This document shows positions 9,452 through 18,484 of a DNA stretch of 64,000 bases, piece after piece (position 1 is the stretch's first letter; every line of letters starts with the position of its first letter). Position numbers and translations under genes: made by a program. The stretch is from Planctomycetales bacterium. Its GTDB lineage: Bacteria > 4484-113. The stretch is taken from contig JBBIRS010000001.1 in the NCBI GenBank assembly GCA_037441675.1, positions 160,001-224,000 on the forward strand, in the 5' to 3' direction. The notes beneath the pieces were generated by a model that saw only the letters and a list, made by a program, of their open reading frames with translations, ran no database searches and was not told the origin of the DNA.

Positions 9452-10764
9452 TTTCCCCTAAACATTGAGAGTTCAGCATCAATTAACTTAGCTGTTTGTC
9501 TAGCCGCTTCTTCCGGTGTCCCATATCCAAGAATTATGCGTTCGATTAGCTCCTGGAAAAGATCCTCCACGACGTTCCATTCAGATATTCTAGTTCCCCA
9601 TGGTGGGCGTGCATACTTAACCTCGTCAAGGAACTTCCTTTCAATTGGGAACTTTCTTGCCACATCTTCTGCGACGCTTTTCGCAGCAGGAATTGCTAGC
9701 AAAATAGTGGCGCGAACCTTCTGCGCCTCAGCACTAGAAAGAAAAATGGCAAGGCTTACAGCCTCACTTGGGTGCTTGCTTTTTTTAGCCACAGCCCATC
9801 CCGATTCATAGATTGTTGTTACTCTGGATTTATTTCTTGGTAGCCCTACAATACCTATGTTCTCAAGGGAAAATTCCTTTGTCCTGCTAGCCCTTAAGGT
9901 AGGTATCCACCAATGTCCAGATACAACCATTGCCACTTTGCCTGTTTGAAAAATCTCGCCTCCGAGCGCCTGTCTTGTAGTTGGATCAGGAGCAACGTGA
10001 TGTTTAGTGACAAGCTCAGTGTAGAATCTTATTGCTTCAATGCTCTCCTTTGAATCGAGGAAACCAACCGCATAAGTGCCATCCGGGCTCAAAACGTCCC
10101 CGTTATTTTGCCAAAGCCAGAAAATGTTTTGGTACGCGTAAGGCGCTACAAGGCATCCGTATCTATGCTCGCGTGGATTCTCATTTTTGGTGGTAATTGC
10201 CTTTGCACTGCCCAGGAAATCCTGCCAAGTCCATCCATCCTTCGGATACGGCACTTTTGCCTCATCAAAAATCTTCTTGTTGTAGTAAACAACCATTGGA
10301 GTGAAATCTTTCGGTAGTGAGTATACTTTTCCATCTTTTACTCCTATCTGGAATACTTCGCCAAAGTAATCTTCTTCTCTAAAATTCGGATTTTCCTGAA
10401 GGAACGGGCTTAAATCTAGGAGTACATTTGCTTCAACAAATTTCGGGATTATTACACTATCTAAAAGAAGTACATCAGGAGGTTTCCCAGCGGCAAAAGC
10501 GGTAACTAGCTTTTCAAAATAATTATCAGGTATTGATTCTAAACTAACGTCTATTTTTGGATTTTTCTTTTCAAATTCCTCTATAATTATATGTTCTGCT
10601 TTTTGCTCCTCTATTCCTGCCCAGAATACCGCCCTAATCTTAACCTTCTTATCTTCTGATTGAACGCAACTAGCAATAAAAGAAGTTAGCGCTAAGATTA
10701 GTGCAGTAAGAAGAATTCTTGCGAGTGAGCTTAACTCTCCCCCTTTCCAACAGAGATATTTCAC
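9448..10764 (-). CDS. Sugar ABC transporter substrate-binding lipoprotein
   Basis: Lipobox FIASC; EEFEKKNPKIDV, AGKPPDV, DGKVYSLP, VVYYNKKIFDEAKV, WTWQDFL and FQTGKVAM. Confidence 0.93.
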   Translation of the reverse strand: MKYLCWKGGELSSLARILLTALILALTSFIASCVQSEDKKVKIRAVFWAGIEEQKAEHIIIEEFEKKNPKIDVSLESIPDNYFEKLVTAFAAGKPPDVLLLDSVIIPKFVEANVLLDLSPFLQENPNFREEDYFGEVFQIGVKDGKVYSLPKDFTPMVVYYNKKIFDEAKVPYPKDGWTWQDFLGSAKAITTKNENPREHRYGCLVAPYAYQNIFWLWQNNGDVLSPDGTYAVGFLDSKESIEAIRFYTELVTKHHVAPDPTTRQALGGEIFQTGKVAMVVSGHWWIPTLRASRTKEFSLENIGIVGLPRNKSRVTTIYESGWAVAKKSKHPSEAVSLAIFLSSAEAQKVRATILLAIPAAKSVAEDVARKFPIERKFLDEVKYARPPWGTRISEWNVVEDLFQELIERIILGYGTPEEAARQTAKLIDAELSMFRGK

Positions 10765-13007
10765 AGCTCAATTTCCCATCCTGTAAGATTTTTTGAGAAG
10801 AATTCCCGCTTACCATCTATAAAAATCTGAAATCCCTGCCTCGCTCTTCCATCGTTTCTTTTATTCCAAATAATGGTAACTCTTCTTCCCCTAATAATCG
10901 CATTTCGTAAGATTAACCAATTTAAGTCAAAAGGAAATGGATCAATAAGGATTTTTCCCTCGCTCGCGCGAATTCCAGCGACGTACTTGAGTATTAAATC
11001 CACGACCCAAGAGTGCTGGTAATCGTCAATTCCTCGATAGGTGGAGGGTTCACCCGTAAATGGGCTGTAGTGCTCAAAACAGTTCGGTCGTTGAATGTCT
11101 CCATCAAAGAACATCATCTTGATAAATGCCTTAATATATTCCGCTAGTTTCTTTCTATATCTCTTATCAATTTTAGAAGCATACGCTAAAACCTCCGCAA
11201 TATGACTATTTACCATTGGCCACACACGTCCGTTCCATGGGCAATTTGCTCTCTCGCCCTTCCAGTATGCCTTATCTGAAAAGTAAGGGTCATCCACGGG
11301 TGAGGTTGGCGTTTGATACTTTGTTCCAAACTTTTCCTTGTCAAATAAAGAAGCTATAGAGGCTTCAGTCATTTCTTTAGTAGCAATTGTGTCTCCGGAA
11401 GGATAAAAGCCAACCGCGCTAAAATAAGAAGAGCGTTTCTTACTGCTCCATTCAAAATCAAAAAAGAACCTTCTTTCTCCATCCCACAAATATCTGCGAA
11501 CCGCATCTTGAATTCTTAGCGCAATGTTCTCAAAGTTTTCCGCCTTTCTTCTCTGCCCCCTTTTTCTTGTCAAGTATGCAAGTAGTTTTACCAGCCTCCA
11601 TGTGTAGAAAGTTACATCCACGCCTTTCATTCTCAGCAGGTTATCCCAGCCATAGGTGTCAAAACTCTTATCAGCCAAAAAGTATCTACTTGAGAATTCC
11701 TGGCCAGTCTCAAATTGATCCCAAATATCAAATAGATACGACTTTTCCTTGTCTCTCTGGGTAAGATAATACTCAAGACATTTCTCTAATGACACGCGAA
11801 TTAAATTCTCAAAATTAGCGTCAGGGTGATGGTAAATGAATTCTAGAACAGCTCCTCCCCAATCCGTATGGTAGAAGAGCTGGTCTTGAACGTGGCTTAA
11901 GTATATATGCCCAGCAAAATGTCCAGCGGGTGTTTGATGCTTAATATGCGTTAGCACACAGCCTTGCCCAAGTTCTGGGCTTTTTAGCCACTTTACTTCC
12001 CGCAAGTGGCACATTAAACTGTATGTTATAACTCCGCGAAAATAGTCAATCCCCTCTGTTACTATCGGGTAGGGGTAGTTCCTAGTGATACCGCCCGGGA
12101 TCGTATTTAGCCAAATTCCATACCATCTATACCAGTAATATTTAGTGATAAAAGGATTACTGCACTCAAATTGTGGAATCAAATCAAGAAATTCTTCCCA
12201 CCTCTTAGGGAAATTTCCCGCCCTAGATTTTTCCGTAGGAGCCTTTTTGGTCAAACTTCCCCCATTAGCCTCGCTAACCCTAACGGTAGAGATAATGGTT
12301 TTTCTTTTGCCTGAGCCAATAATAATTTTGTAGTGTAACGCTCCGTAGATAATACTTCCGATAAAATTTTTCGCCTCTGCAATGTTATTAAGTTCTCCTA
12401 CTTTTCTTAACGCAACACAAAAGGGTGTTAGTTGAAGGATAGGGATGATTGGGCTAGAGTGTGCGGGCGTTATCTGGTGACTCGTAAGTGGGTAATCTGA
12501 ATAAATCTCTACATAGATGGATTTTGATTTTGGGGTTCTTTCGCAAACAATTTCTTCGAAGGTTAACTTCTCGTCTCTCACTATTATGTTATTGGAGTAG
12601 TTTTCACCTTCTCTCCCCCGCGTTCGCCTAACCGTCCATAAAAGTAGATCAATAACCTTTCTTCTTGAAGTAGTGTTGGTTATATCAATTTGACAAATCA
12701 GTTTGTCCGGAGGCAGGCACTTCCTTCTTAGCTCTATCCTAATTTTCGAAGAAGCGTTATAAAAGTTTATGCATTCGTTCGGGAACCATTCCTTTCTCGT
12801 TAGCTTTAGTTTCAGTTCCTTTCCGTTTTCTAAAAGGCTAATGCAAAGGACATTCTTAATGGGCAAGTTTCCAAAGTGAATCGTGTCCCAGTAGCCAGGG
12901 ATATTTTCATACTCCGGAAAAGGAGGTGCATAAATAAGCATTCCCCCTCCACCCACGTACCACTTATCACTCCTACGAAGCAATTTGGTTGGATTAGTTA
13001 GTGCCAT
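10761..13007 (-). CDS. GH63/MGH1-like (trehalase-fold) glycoside hydrolase
   Basis: DQFETGQE, LWDGERRFFFD, WNGRVWPMVN and FEHYSPFTGE (alpha/alpha)6 motifs. Confidence 0.75.
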   Translation of the reverse strand: MALTNPTKLLRRSDKWYVGGGGMLIYAPPFPEYENIPGYWDTIHFGNLPIKNVLCISLLENGKELKLKLTRKEWFPNECINFYNASSKIRIELRRKCLPPDKLICQIDITNTTSRRKVIDLLLWTVRRTRGREGENYSNNIIVRDEKLTFEEIVCERTPKSKSIYVEIYSDYPLTSHQITPAHSSPIIPILQLTPFCVALRKVGELNNIAEAKNFIGSIIYGALHYKIIIGSGKRKTIISTVRVSEANGGSLTKKAPTEKSRAGNFPKRWEEFLDLIPQFECSNPFITKYYWYRWYGIWLNTIPGGITRNYPYPIVTEGIDYFRGVITYSLMCHLREVKWLKSPELGQGCVLTHIKHQTPAGHFAGHIYLSHVQDQLFYHTDWGGAVLEFIYHHPDANFENLIRVSLEKCLEYYLTQRDKEKSYLFDIWDQFETGQEFSSRYFLADKSFDTYGWDNLLRMKGVDVTFYTWRLVKLLAYLTRKRGQRRKAENFENIALRIQDAVRRYLWDGERRFFFDFEWSSKKRSSYFSAVGFYPSGDTIATKEMTEASIASLFDKEKFGTKYQTPTSPVDDPYFSDKAYWKGERANCPWNGRVWPMVNSHIAEVLAYASKIDKRYRKKLAEYIKAFIKMMFFDGDIQRPNCFEHYSPFTGEPSTYRGIDDYQHSWVVDLILKYVAGIRASEGKILIDPFPFDLNWLILRNAIIRGRRVTIIWNKRNDGRARQGFQIFIDGKREFFSKNLTGWEIEL

Positions 13008-15451
13008 TCTACGATAAGCTCGTTCTTAAGTTTTAGTTGAGTCAACGCATAATAAGAAGTCTCATCTTCAGCGCATTTTAATTCGCTTCCATTTGCTTTC
13101 ACCTCTTTCAATTTTCCCCGCTTCCATAAACAGATGCTTATTACCTGTGGTTTCTCTGTTTCAACCCTGATAAGCATTTTCTTACCGAACTCTTCAAGCT
13201 CTATATTCCAAACAGAATCACCAATAAGAAGTCCTTTTAACGATGCCCACTTCATTCCCTTTCCAAGAAGAGGGCAGAAGTTTATTCCACCGAAATTATG
13301 GTTCAAGCCAACAATTCTTCTAACTATGAAATCGTTTACCAGTGCCTGCCAAGAATAATCTGGTGCTCCAATCCCTGATCCGGTCTCAGGATCGTATAAT
13401 TCGCAGGAAGCGGGCTTTCCGTCTTTAATGATGAGTGCTTTTGTCTTCTCCCACAGTTCCATAGCCTCCCGCCAGTAACCGTAGTTGAACAGTCCTTCAA
13501 TAATGAACCAATTCACCTGGAGCCAGACCGTTCCATTCCAACCCCAACCGTGCGGATTGTAATCTCTATCGCTAGTGGCAAGCGTTGGGACAGGAAACTT
13601 CGTATTGAACTCACTTGAAAGGAGGAGTTTTACCAGCTTTTTCGCCTGCTCAGGGCTTGCAAGTCTTGCCCACATTGGGAAGAAAGTTGACCCAGCGATT
13701 TGGGGTCTAACTCTATTCCTGCCATCCCTGTCTAAGTAACAACCCTTTTCATTACTCCATAAACTCTGAATAGCATCAGCAGTAATTCTTGTTCTACGCC
13801 AAAGTTCCCTCGCCAGTCCAATTTTGCCCAACTTTTCCGCAATTAACGCGAGATCTCGCCTATGTCTATACGCGTGAACGGTCATATCCACCGGTTTGAA
13901 TGGAGCAGGATAATGCCTTGTCGCATCATCCCAACCGCTCTCTACGCCATGTCTTCCGATGAATCTACCAAACTTATCAGTTCTTCTCCTCCATATCCAT
14001 TTTTCATAAGATAAAATTTTGGGGAACACCTCTCGCGCAAAGTTCCAATTGTTATGAATATTGGCATATTCAAAAACTGCGCAAGCAATAAGTGGTGTCT
14101 GAGTTATCTCTTCCGATACACCTTCAATCCAATCTCCTCCCGAATAGTATTTGAATTTCGCCAGGTAAAACTTTTTCTCCTCGCAGTAATTGCGAAGAAC
14201 GCCTGGAACGTACCTGATTTTATCTTTGCCAGAAAAGAGCATGCGCATGTCAGAGCCGGAACAGCACGGAATGTATCCATTTGGCGCCCGCATATCAAGC
14301 ACAGCCTTAATAGATTCCTCCACTATGCTTCTATCCTTTAGCCACCTTTCACCCAGCGAATGAAAATAGGTGTCCCATATCCATACTCCCCAGTAAAAAT
14401 ACTTAGAAGGCGAATCAAAAGCGTGTTTAATATGCCTACCCCTCTCACACCTGTTTGCCCTAAGAACGTACCAAACGTAGTACCAAAACTTTTCAGTTGC
14501 AGTATCATCGCATCTAAAATCCGGACAACTTTCCTTAAAGTACTTCTCCCAACTTCTGATATTCCTCATTATGGAGTTGCTCAGGTCAAATTTTTGTGCC
14601 CCTCCTAGCCTTATAACTTTTTTCCCTTCATTCTTTCTTCCCTCCACGTTAACCTCATATCTACTAAATACTGTTATTCTCTTCGTTTTACCCGCTCCAA
14701 TTTTCATCCTCACTCCGCAGTAATAGCAGGGTTTAATATGTTTGTAACTAATTAGCTTTTCCTCCGCGAGCAAGTATCTAGCTCCTACCTGTCCAAGCCT
14801 TATCCTTAAGCTTGCAAGGCATCCAAAATTTTCAATTAAACTTTCCAGATCTCCCTCATCAAGATAGAACCCTGCACTATCAAAGGATTTAGTGAAGGTT
14901 ACCGTTTGTGTAGAAAACGTATCTCGCAACCCCTTGAAAATGTGATATTGTGTAATAATGATTTTTCCCTCTTTAGCGTTAATTTGAACGTACGCTTCGG
15001 GCGGTTTATCCTTTTCGTAATAATCAAAGAAGGGCAATTGGCTTACTTCACCGTGGAAGAAAAGCACCAACCTCATCTCAGTTTTTGTGGTGTTGGTAAT
15101 ACTTATTTCGTCAATTACCGTATCTTTCTGCACCTGCTTATGTTCGGTAATATTTAGTCCTTCAGCGAACCACACAGTTTGGCTATAGTTAGGAAGCCAG
15201 AATCTCTTCCTCTGCTTAAAAACAAGCGGGATATGCAAGTCCTTTTCTTGAAAGATTTTTAGTCCCGCCACGAGTGGACGGTAAGAGGAGAATAGCGCGC
15301 CTATCCTGTTCCAATGAATTACACATCTTATTCCCGCACCACCGCCAAATGAGATTAATGTTGCTCCAGGCTCCGTGAGTGTGGACTTCTTATCATCGCT
15401 TAATATTTCCAGCGCGCGCTTGTTCCTAAGTCCTTTAGATAGATTTTTCAT
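12998..15451 (-). CDS. GH63/MGH1-like glycoside hydrolase
   Basis: YWGVWIWDTYFH, TQTPL, ESGWDD, WNGTVWLQVNW and ELYDPETG. Confidence 0.8.
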   Translation of the reverse strand: MKNLSKGLRNKRALEILSDDKKSTLTEPGATLISFGGGAGIRCVIHWNRIGALFSSYRPLVAGLKIFQEKDLHIPLVFKQRKRFWLPNYSQTVWFAEGLNITEHKQVQKDTVIDEISITNTTKTEMRLVLFFHGEVSQLPFFDYYEKDKPPEAYVQINAKEGKIIITQYHIFKGLRDTFSTQTVTFTKSFDSAGFYLDEGDLESLIENFGCLASLRIRLGQVGARYLLAEEKLISYKHIKPCYYCGVRMKIGAGKTKRITVFSRYEVNVEGRKNEGKKVIRLGGAQKFDLSNSIMRNIRSWEKYFKESCPDFRCDDTATEKFWYYVWYVLRANRCERGRHIKHAFDSPSKYFYWGVWIWDTYFHSLGERWLKDRSIVEESIKAVLDMRAPNGYIPCCSGSDMRMLFSGKDKIRYVPGVLRNYCEEKKFYLAKFKYYSGGDWIEGVSEEITQTPLIACAVFEYANIHNNWNFAREVFPKILSYEKWIWRRRTDKFGRFIGRHGVESGWDDATRHYPAPFKPVDMTVHAYRHRRDLALIAEKLGKIGLARELWRRTRITADAIQSLWSNEKGCYLDRDGRNRVRPQIAGSTFFPMWARLASPEQAKKLVKLLLSSEFNTKFPVPTLATSDRDYNPHGWGWNGTVWLQVNWFIIEGLFNYGYWREAMELWEKTKALIIKDGKPASCELYDPETGSGIGAPDYSWQALVNDFIVRRIVGLNHNFGGINFCPLLGKGMKWASLKGLLIGDSVWNIELEEFGKKMLIRVETEKPQVISICLWKRGKLKEVKANGSELKCAEDETSYYALTQLKLKNELIVEWH

Positions 15452-16296
15452 CCTTTTATTCCCGTTAATGCTATTCCCCTCGTGAAATACTTTTGTGTTA
15501 ACAAGAACAAGATTATGATAGGCGTTTGAATAATCATACTTCCCGCCATTTGCAGTGGCCAGTTCACAGTATATTGAGACCTAAAAACGGATAATCCTAC
15601 CTCAAGTGTCCGCATATTCATACTGTTTGTCATAAGTAAAGGCCAAAGGAAATCAGTCCATGCACCCATAAAAGTGAATACGCCTAGTACAGCTAGTGCT
15701 GGTCTGGCTAGTGGGAACATAATGTGGCAAAATATCTGCCACTCTGTTGCGCCTTCGCACCGTGCGGCATTTTCTAAATCAATGGGTAAGCTTAAGAAGT
15801 ACTGTCGCATTAAAAATATGCCGTACGCTCCCACCAAGCCGGGCACCGTAAGTCCCAGGTAAGTATCAATCCATCCTAGCTTAGCCATAAGGACAAATAC
15901 AGGTATCATCGTTACTTGTCCTGGAATCATCATACTTGCGAGGAAAAGCCAAAAGATTAGCTCCCAACCCGAAAACTTCAGTCTGGCAAAGGCGTAGCCA
16001 GCCATTGAACAGAGGAGCAGGTTGCCCACTGTCACCACCGATGAGACAATAAATGTGTTAAGAAAAAATCTGCCAAATGGAACCGCCTTCACCACCTCTA
16101 GGTAGTTTCCCCAGTGCCACACAGATGGGAAAAAATCAGGAGGAAATGTAAATACTTCTTCGGGTAACTTGAAACTAGTCACAAACATCCACCAGAAAGG
16201 CAAAACCATCAGAATTCCACCAAAAACGAGGACAATGTAACATAGTGCTTTGCTAATCAATCTTCCGACTTGAACCTCAACAGGCAAGTTGGGCAA
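15448..16296 (-). CDS. Carbohydrate ABC transporter permease (MalG-like)
   Basis: MAGYAFARL, EAA loop LPIDLENAARCEGA, WTDFLWPL. Confidence 0.95.
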   Translation of the reverse strand: MPNLPVEVQVGRLISKALCYIVLVFGGILMVLPFWWMFVTSFKLPEEVFTFPPDFFPSVWHWGNYLEVVKAVPFGRFFLNTFIVSSVVTVGNLLLCSMAGYAFARLKFSGWELIFWLFLASMMIPGQVTMIPVFVLMAKLGWIDTYLGLTVPGLVGAYGIFLMRQYFLSLPIDLENAARCEGATEWQIFCHIMFPLARPALAVLGVFTFMGAWTDFLWPLLMTNSMNMRTLEVGLSVFRSQYTVNWPLQMAGSMIIQTPIIILFLLTQKYFTRGIALTGIKG

Positions 16297-17152
16297 CCTC
16301 CTTTCGTAAGAGCCTGACCTGAAGCAGTGTGGCTCCTAGAATTATTGCGAATAAGAAAAGCGCCTGCGCACTCGCATAGCCCAAATGGAACCTTTCAAAT
16401 GCGTTTCTAAAGATATGGTACACAACGACATCAGTTGAACGTAAGGGTCCGCCTTCCGTCATTGTGTAAACAGAGGTAAAAACTTGAAAACTGCCGATAA
16501 CACCAGTTACAGCTAAAAAGGCTGTTGTTGGCTTTAATAGCGGAAAAGTGATATACCAAAATCGTTGCCACGGATTAATCCCCTCAATTTCTGCTGCCTC
16601 GTAAATCTCATTAGGTATTGTAGATAGTCCCGCCAGATAGATTACCACCTGATACCCAAGCCCTTTCCAGATAGTCATTAACATCAACGCAAAAAGCGCA
16701 AACCTGGGATCTCCAAGCCAATTAGGACCTTTCACCCCAAACAGTCTAAGTCCGTAATTCAAGAGCCCAAATTCAGGATGATAAATCCATGAAAATACCA
16801 TAGCAACCGCTACAGTACTCGTGACTACTGGTAGAAAATAGACTGTCCGAAATAGATGAGTAGCGATTGCTGGTCTTGCCATAATTGATGCCAGAGCTAG
16901 AGAAATCACTAAACTGATCGGAACAGTCCCAAGGGTAAAGATAAGCGAGTTTTTCAAAGCGTTAAAGAATGCAGTATCCTGAGTAAGGCGAAGAAAGTTT
17001 GTAAAGCCAATAAAATCAGCCTTTCCGCCAAGAAGTTCCCATTTGAAGAGGCTCATATAGGAGACAAAAAAGATAGGCCATACGGCAAAGATTAAAAGAT
17101 GAGCAAAAGCGGGCAAAACGAAAAGGTATCCCCAAGTTCTCTCAGCCTTCAT
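16277..17152 (-). CDS. Carbohydrate ABC transporter permease (MalF/UgpA-like)
   Basis: FRTVYFLP, IYLAGLSTIPNEIYEAAEIEG, TEGGP. Confidence 0.95.
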   Translation of the reverse strand: MKAERTWGYLFVLPAFAHLLIFAVWPIFFVSYMSLFKWELLGGKADFIGFTNFLRLTQDTAFFNALKNSLIFTLGTVPISLVISLALASIMARPAIATHLFRTVYFLPVVTSTVAVAMVFSWIYHPEFGLLNYGLRLFGVKGPNWLGDPRFALFALMLMTIWKGLGYQVVIYLAGLSTIPNEIYEAAEIEGINPWQRFWYITFPLLKPTTAFLAVTGVIGSFQVFTSVYTMTEGGPLRSTDVVVYHIFRNAFERFHLGYASAQALFLFAIILGATLLQVRLLRKEVAQLAC

Positions 17153-18246
17153 AATGTTTCCGTCAAGAGCCTCCTTCCAGTCTGCTCTTCAAATAAATGA
17201 ACCGTTCCCCTTTCAGCGGAGACAAATACAATCTCGTCAATATTCGGCTTTCTGCCTCCAGTGGAAATTACCCTTAACGTAACTTCGTTGTGTTTTAGAT
17301 GAACAACCTCCTCCCTTCCCAGCTCCTCAACAAGTACGACTCTACCTCCTAAGATTTTGTCCTCATATTCACTCACGATTCTAAGGTGTTCAGGTCTTAT
17401 GCCTATTACAACTCTTTTTGGAAGTGAGGGTGGTAATTGCCTATCCTTAATATTCAATCGCCATTCGTATCCATTACCGCGAAGAATTAGCTCATCATTA
17501 GCAACATCCACGTTTGCAGGTAGAGTGTTCATAGCTGGACTTCCAATGAAGCAAGCGGTAAATAGATTCTCAGGTTTCCAGTAAAGCTCTTTAGGTTCAC
17601 CAACTTGCATCAGCTTGCCTTTATCCATTACCGCAATTCTATTCCCCATTGTCATCGCTTCAACCTGATCGTGTGTGACATAGACAGTCGTGATAGGGAA
17701 TCTGTTGTGTATTTCGCAAATTTCAGCGCGCATAGCGACTCTAAGCGCCGGGTCTAAATTGGAGAGTGGCTCATCAAGTAAAAATGCGGTAGGTTCTCGC
17801 ATAAGCGCACGTCCAAGGGCAACTCTTTGTTTCTGCCCACCTGACAATTCTCGTGGGTATCTGTTAAGTAAATCGTCAATCCTAAGAATCTGGGCTATTT
17901 CTCTTACTTTTTTGTCTCTAATGCGTTTGGGCACTCTTCTTAATCTCATTCCAAAGGAAAGGTTACCTTCCACAGTCATATGTGGGAAGAGAGCATAATT
18001 CTGAAATACCATCGCCATATTTCTCTGTCCGGCTGGAAGTTGAGAAATTTCAGTGCCATCCACAATAATCTTCCCCGAACTTAACTCGGTAAGCCCCGCA
18101 AGTAGCCTTAGTATCGTTGTCTTTCCACAACCGCTCGGACCCACTAGCACTATGAATTCTCCACCATTTACTTTTAAGCTAAAATCTTCAACCGCAGTGA
18201 TTTTGCCGTAGTATTTAGAAATGTTGTGGAGTTCTATTACCGCCAT
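17149..18246 (-). CDS. Sugar ABC transporter ATP-binding protein (MalK/MsmX-like)
   Basis: GPSGCGKTT, FQNYALFPH, LSGGQKQR, DEPLSNLD, YVTHDQVEAM; C-terminal TOBE region. Confidence 0.96.
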   Translation of the reverse strand: MAVIELHNISKYYGKITAVEDFSLKVNGGEFIVLVGPSGCGKTTILRLLAGLTELSSGKIIVDGTEISQLPAGQRNMAMVFQNYALFPHMTVEGNLSFGMRLRRVPKRIRDKKVREIAQILRIDDLLNRYPRELSGGQKQRVALGRALMREPTAFLLDEPLSNLDPALRVAMRAEICEIHNRFPITTVYVTHDQVEAMTMGNRIAVMDKGKLMQVGEPKELYWKPENLFTACFIGSPAMNTLPANVDVANDELILRGNGYEWRLNIKDRQLPPSLPKRVVIGIRPEHLRIVSEYEDKILGGRVVLVEELGREEVVHLKHNEVTLRVISTGGRKPNIDEIVFVSAERGTVHLFEEQTGRRLLTETL

Positions 18247-18484
18247 TTTTCCGCACCGTAGAACTAGCTTATTATACTGACTGTGAAATCTACAATTTTT
18301 TAGTGATAATTATTATTTGAATTCTGTTCTACCAAAGCATCCGCTAATAATCTAGCGATTCTATCTCTTCTAAATTTCCCACAAATGAAGCAAAATGCCC
18401 CTCTATTTCATTATTGAATTTGATATCATTCGCAAACTTCTCTTAACGTTGTTCGTGAGTTCCTATGCTATAATTTCCTAGCCT

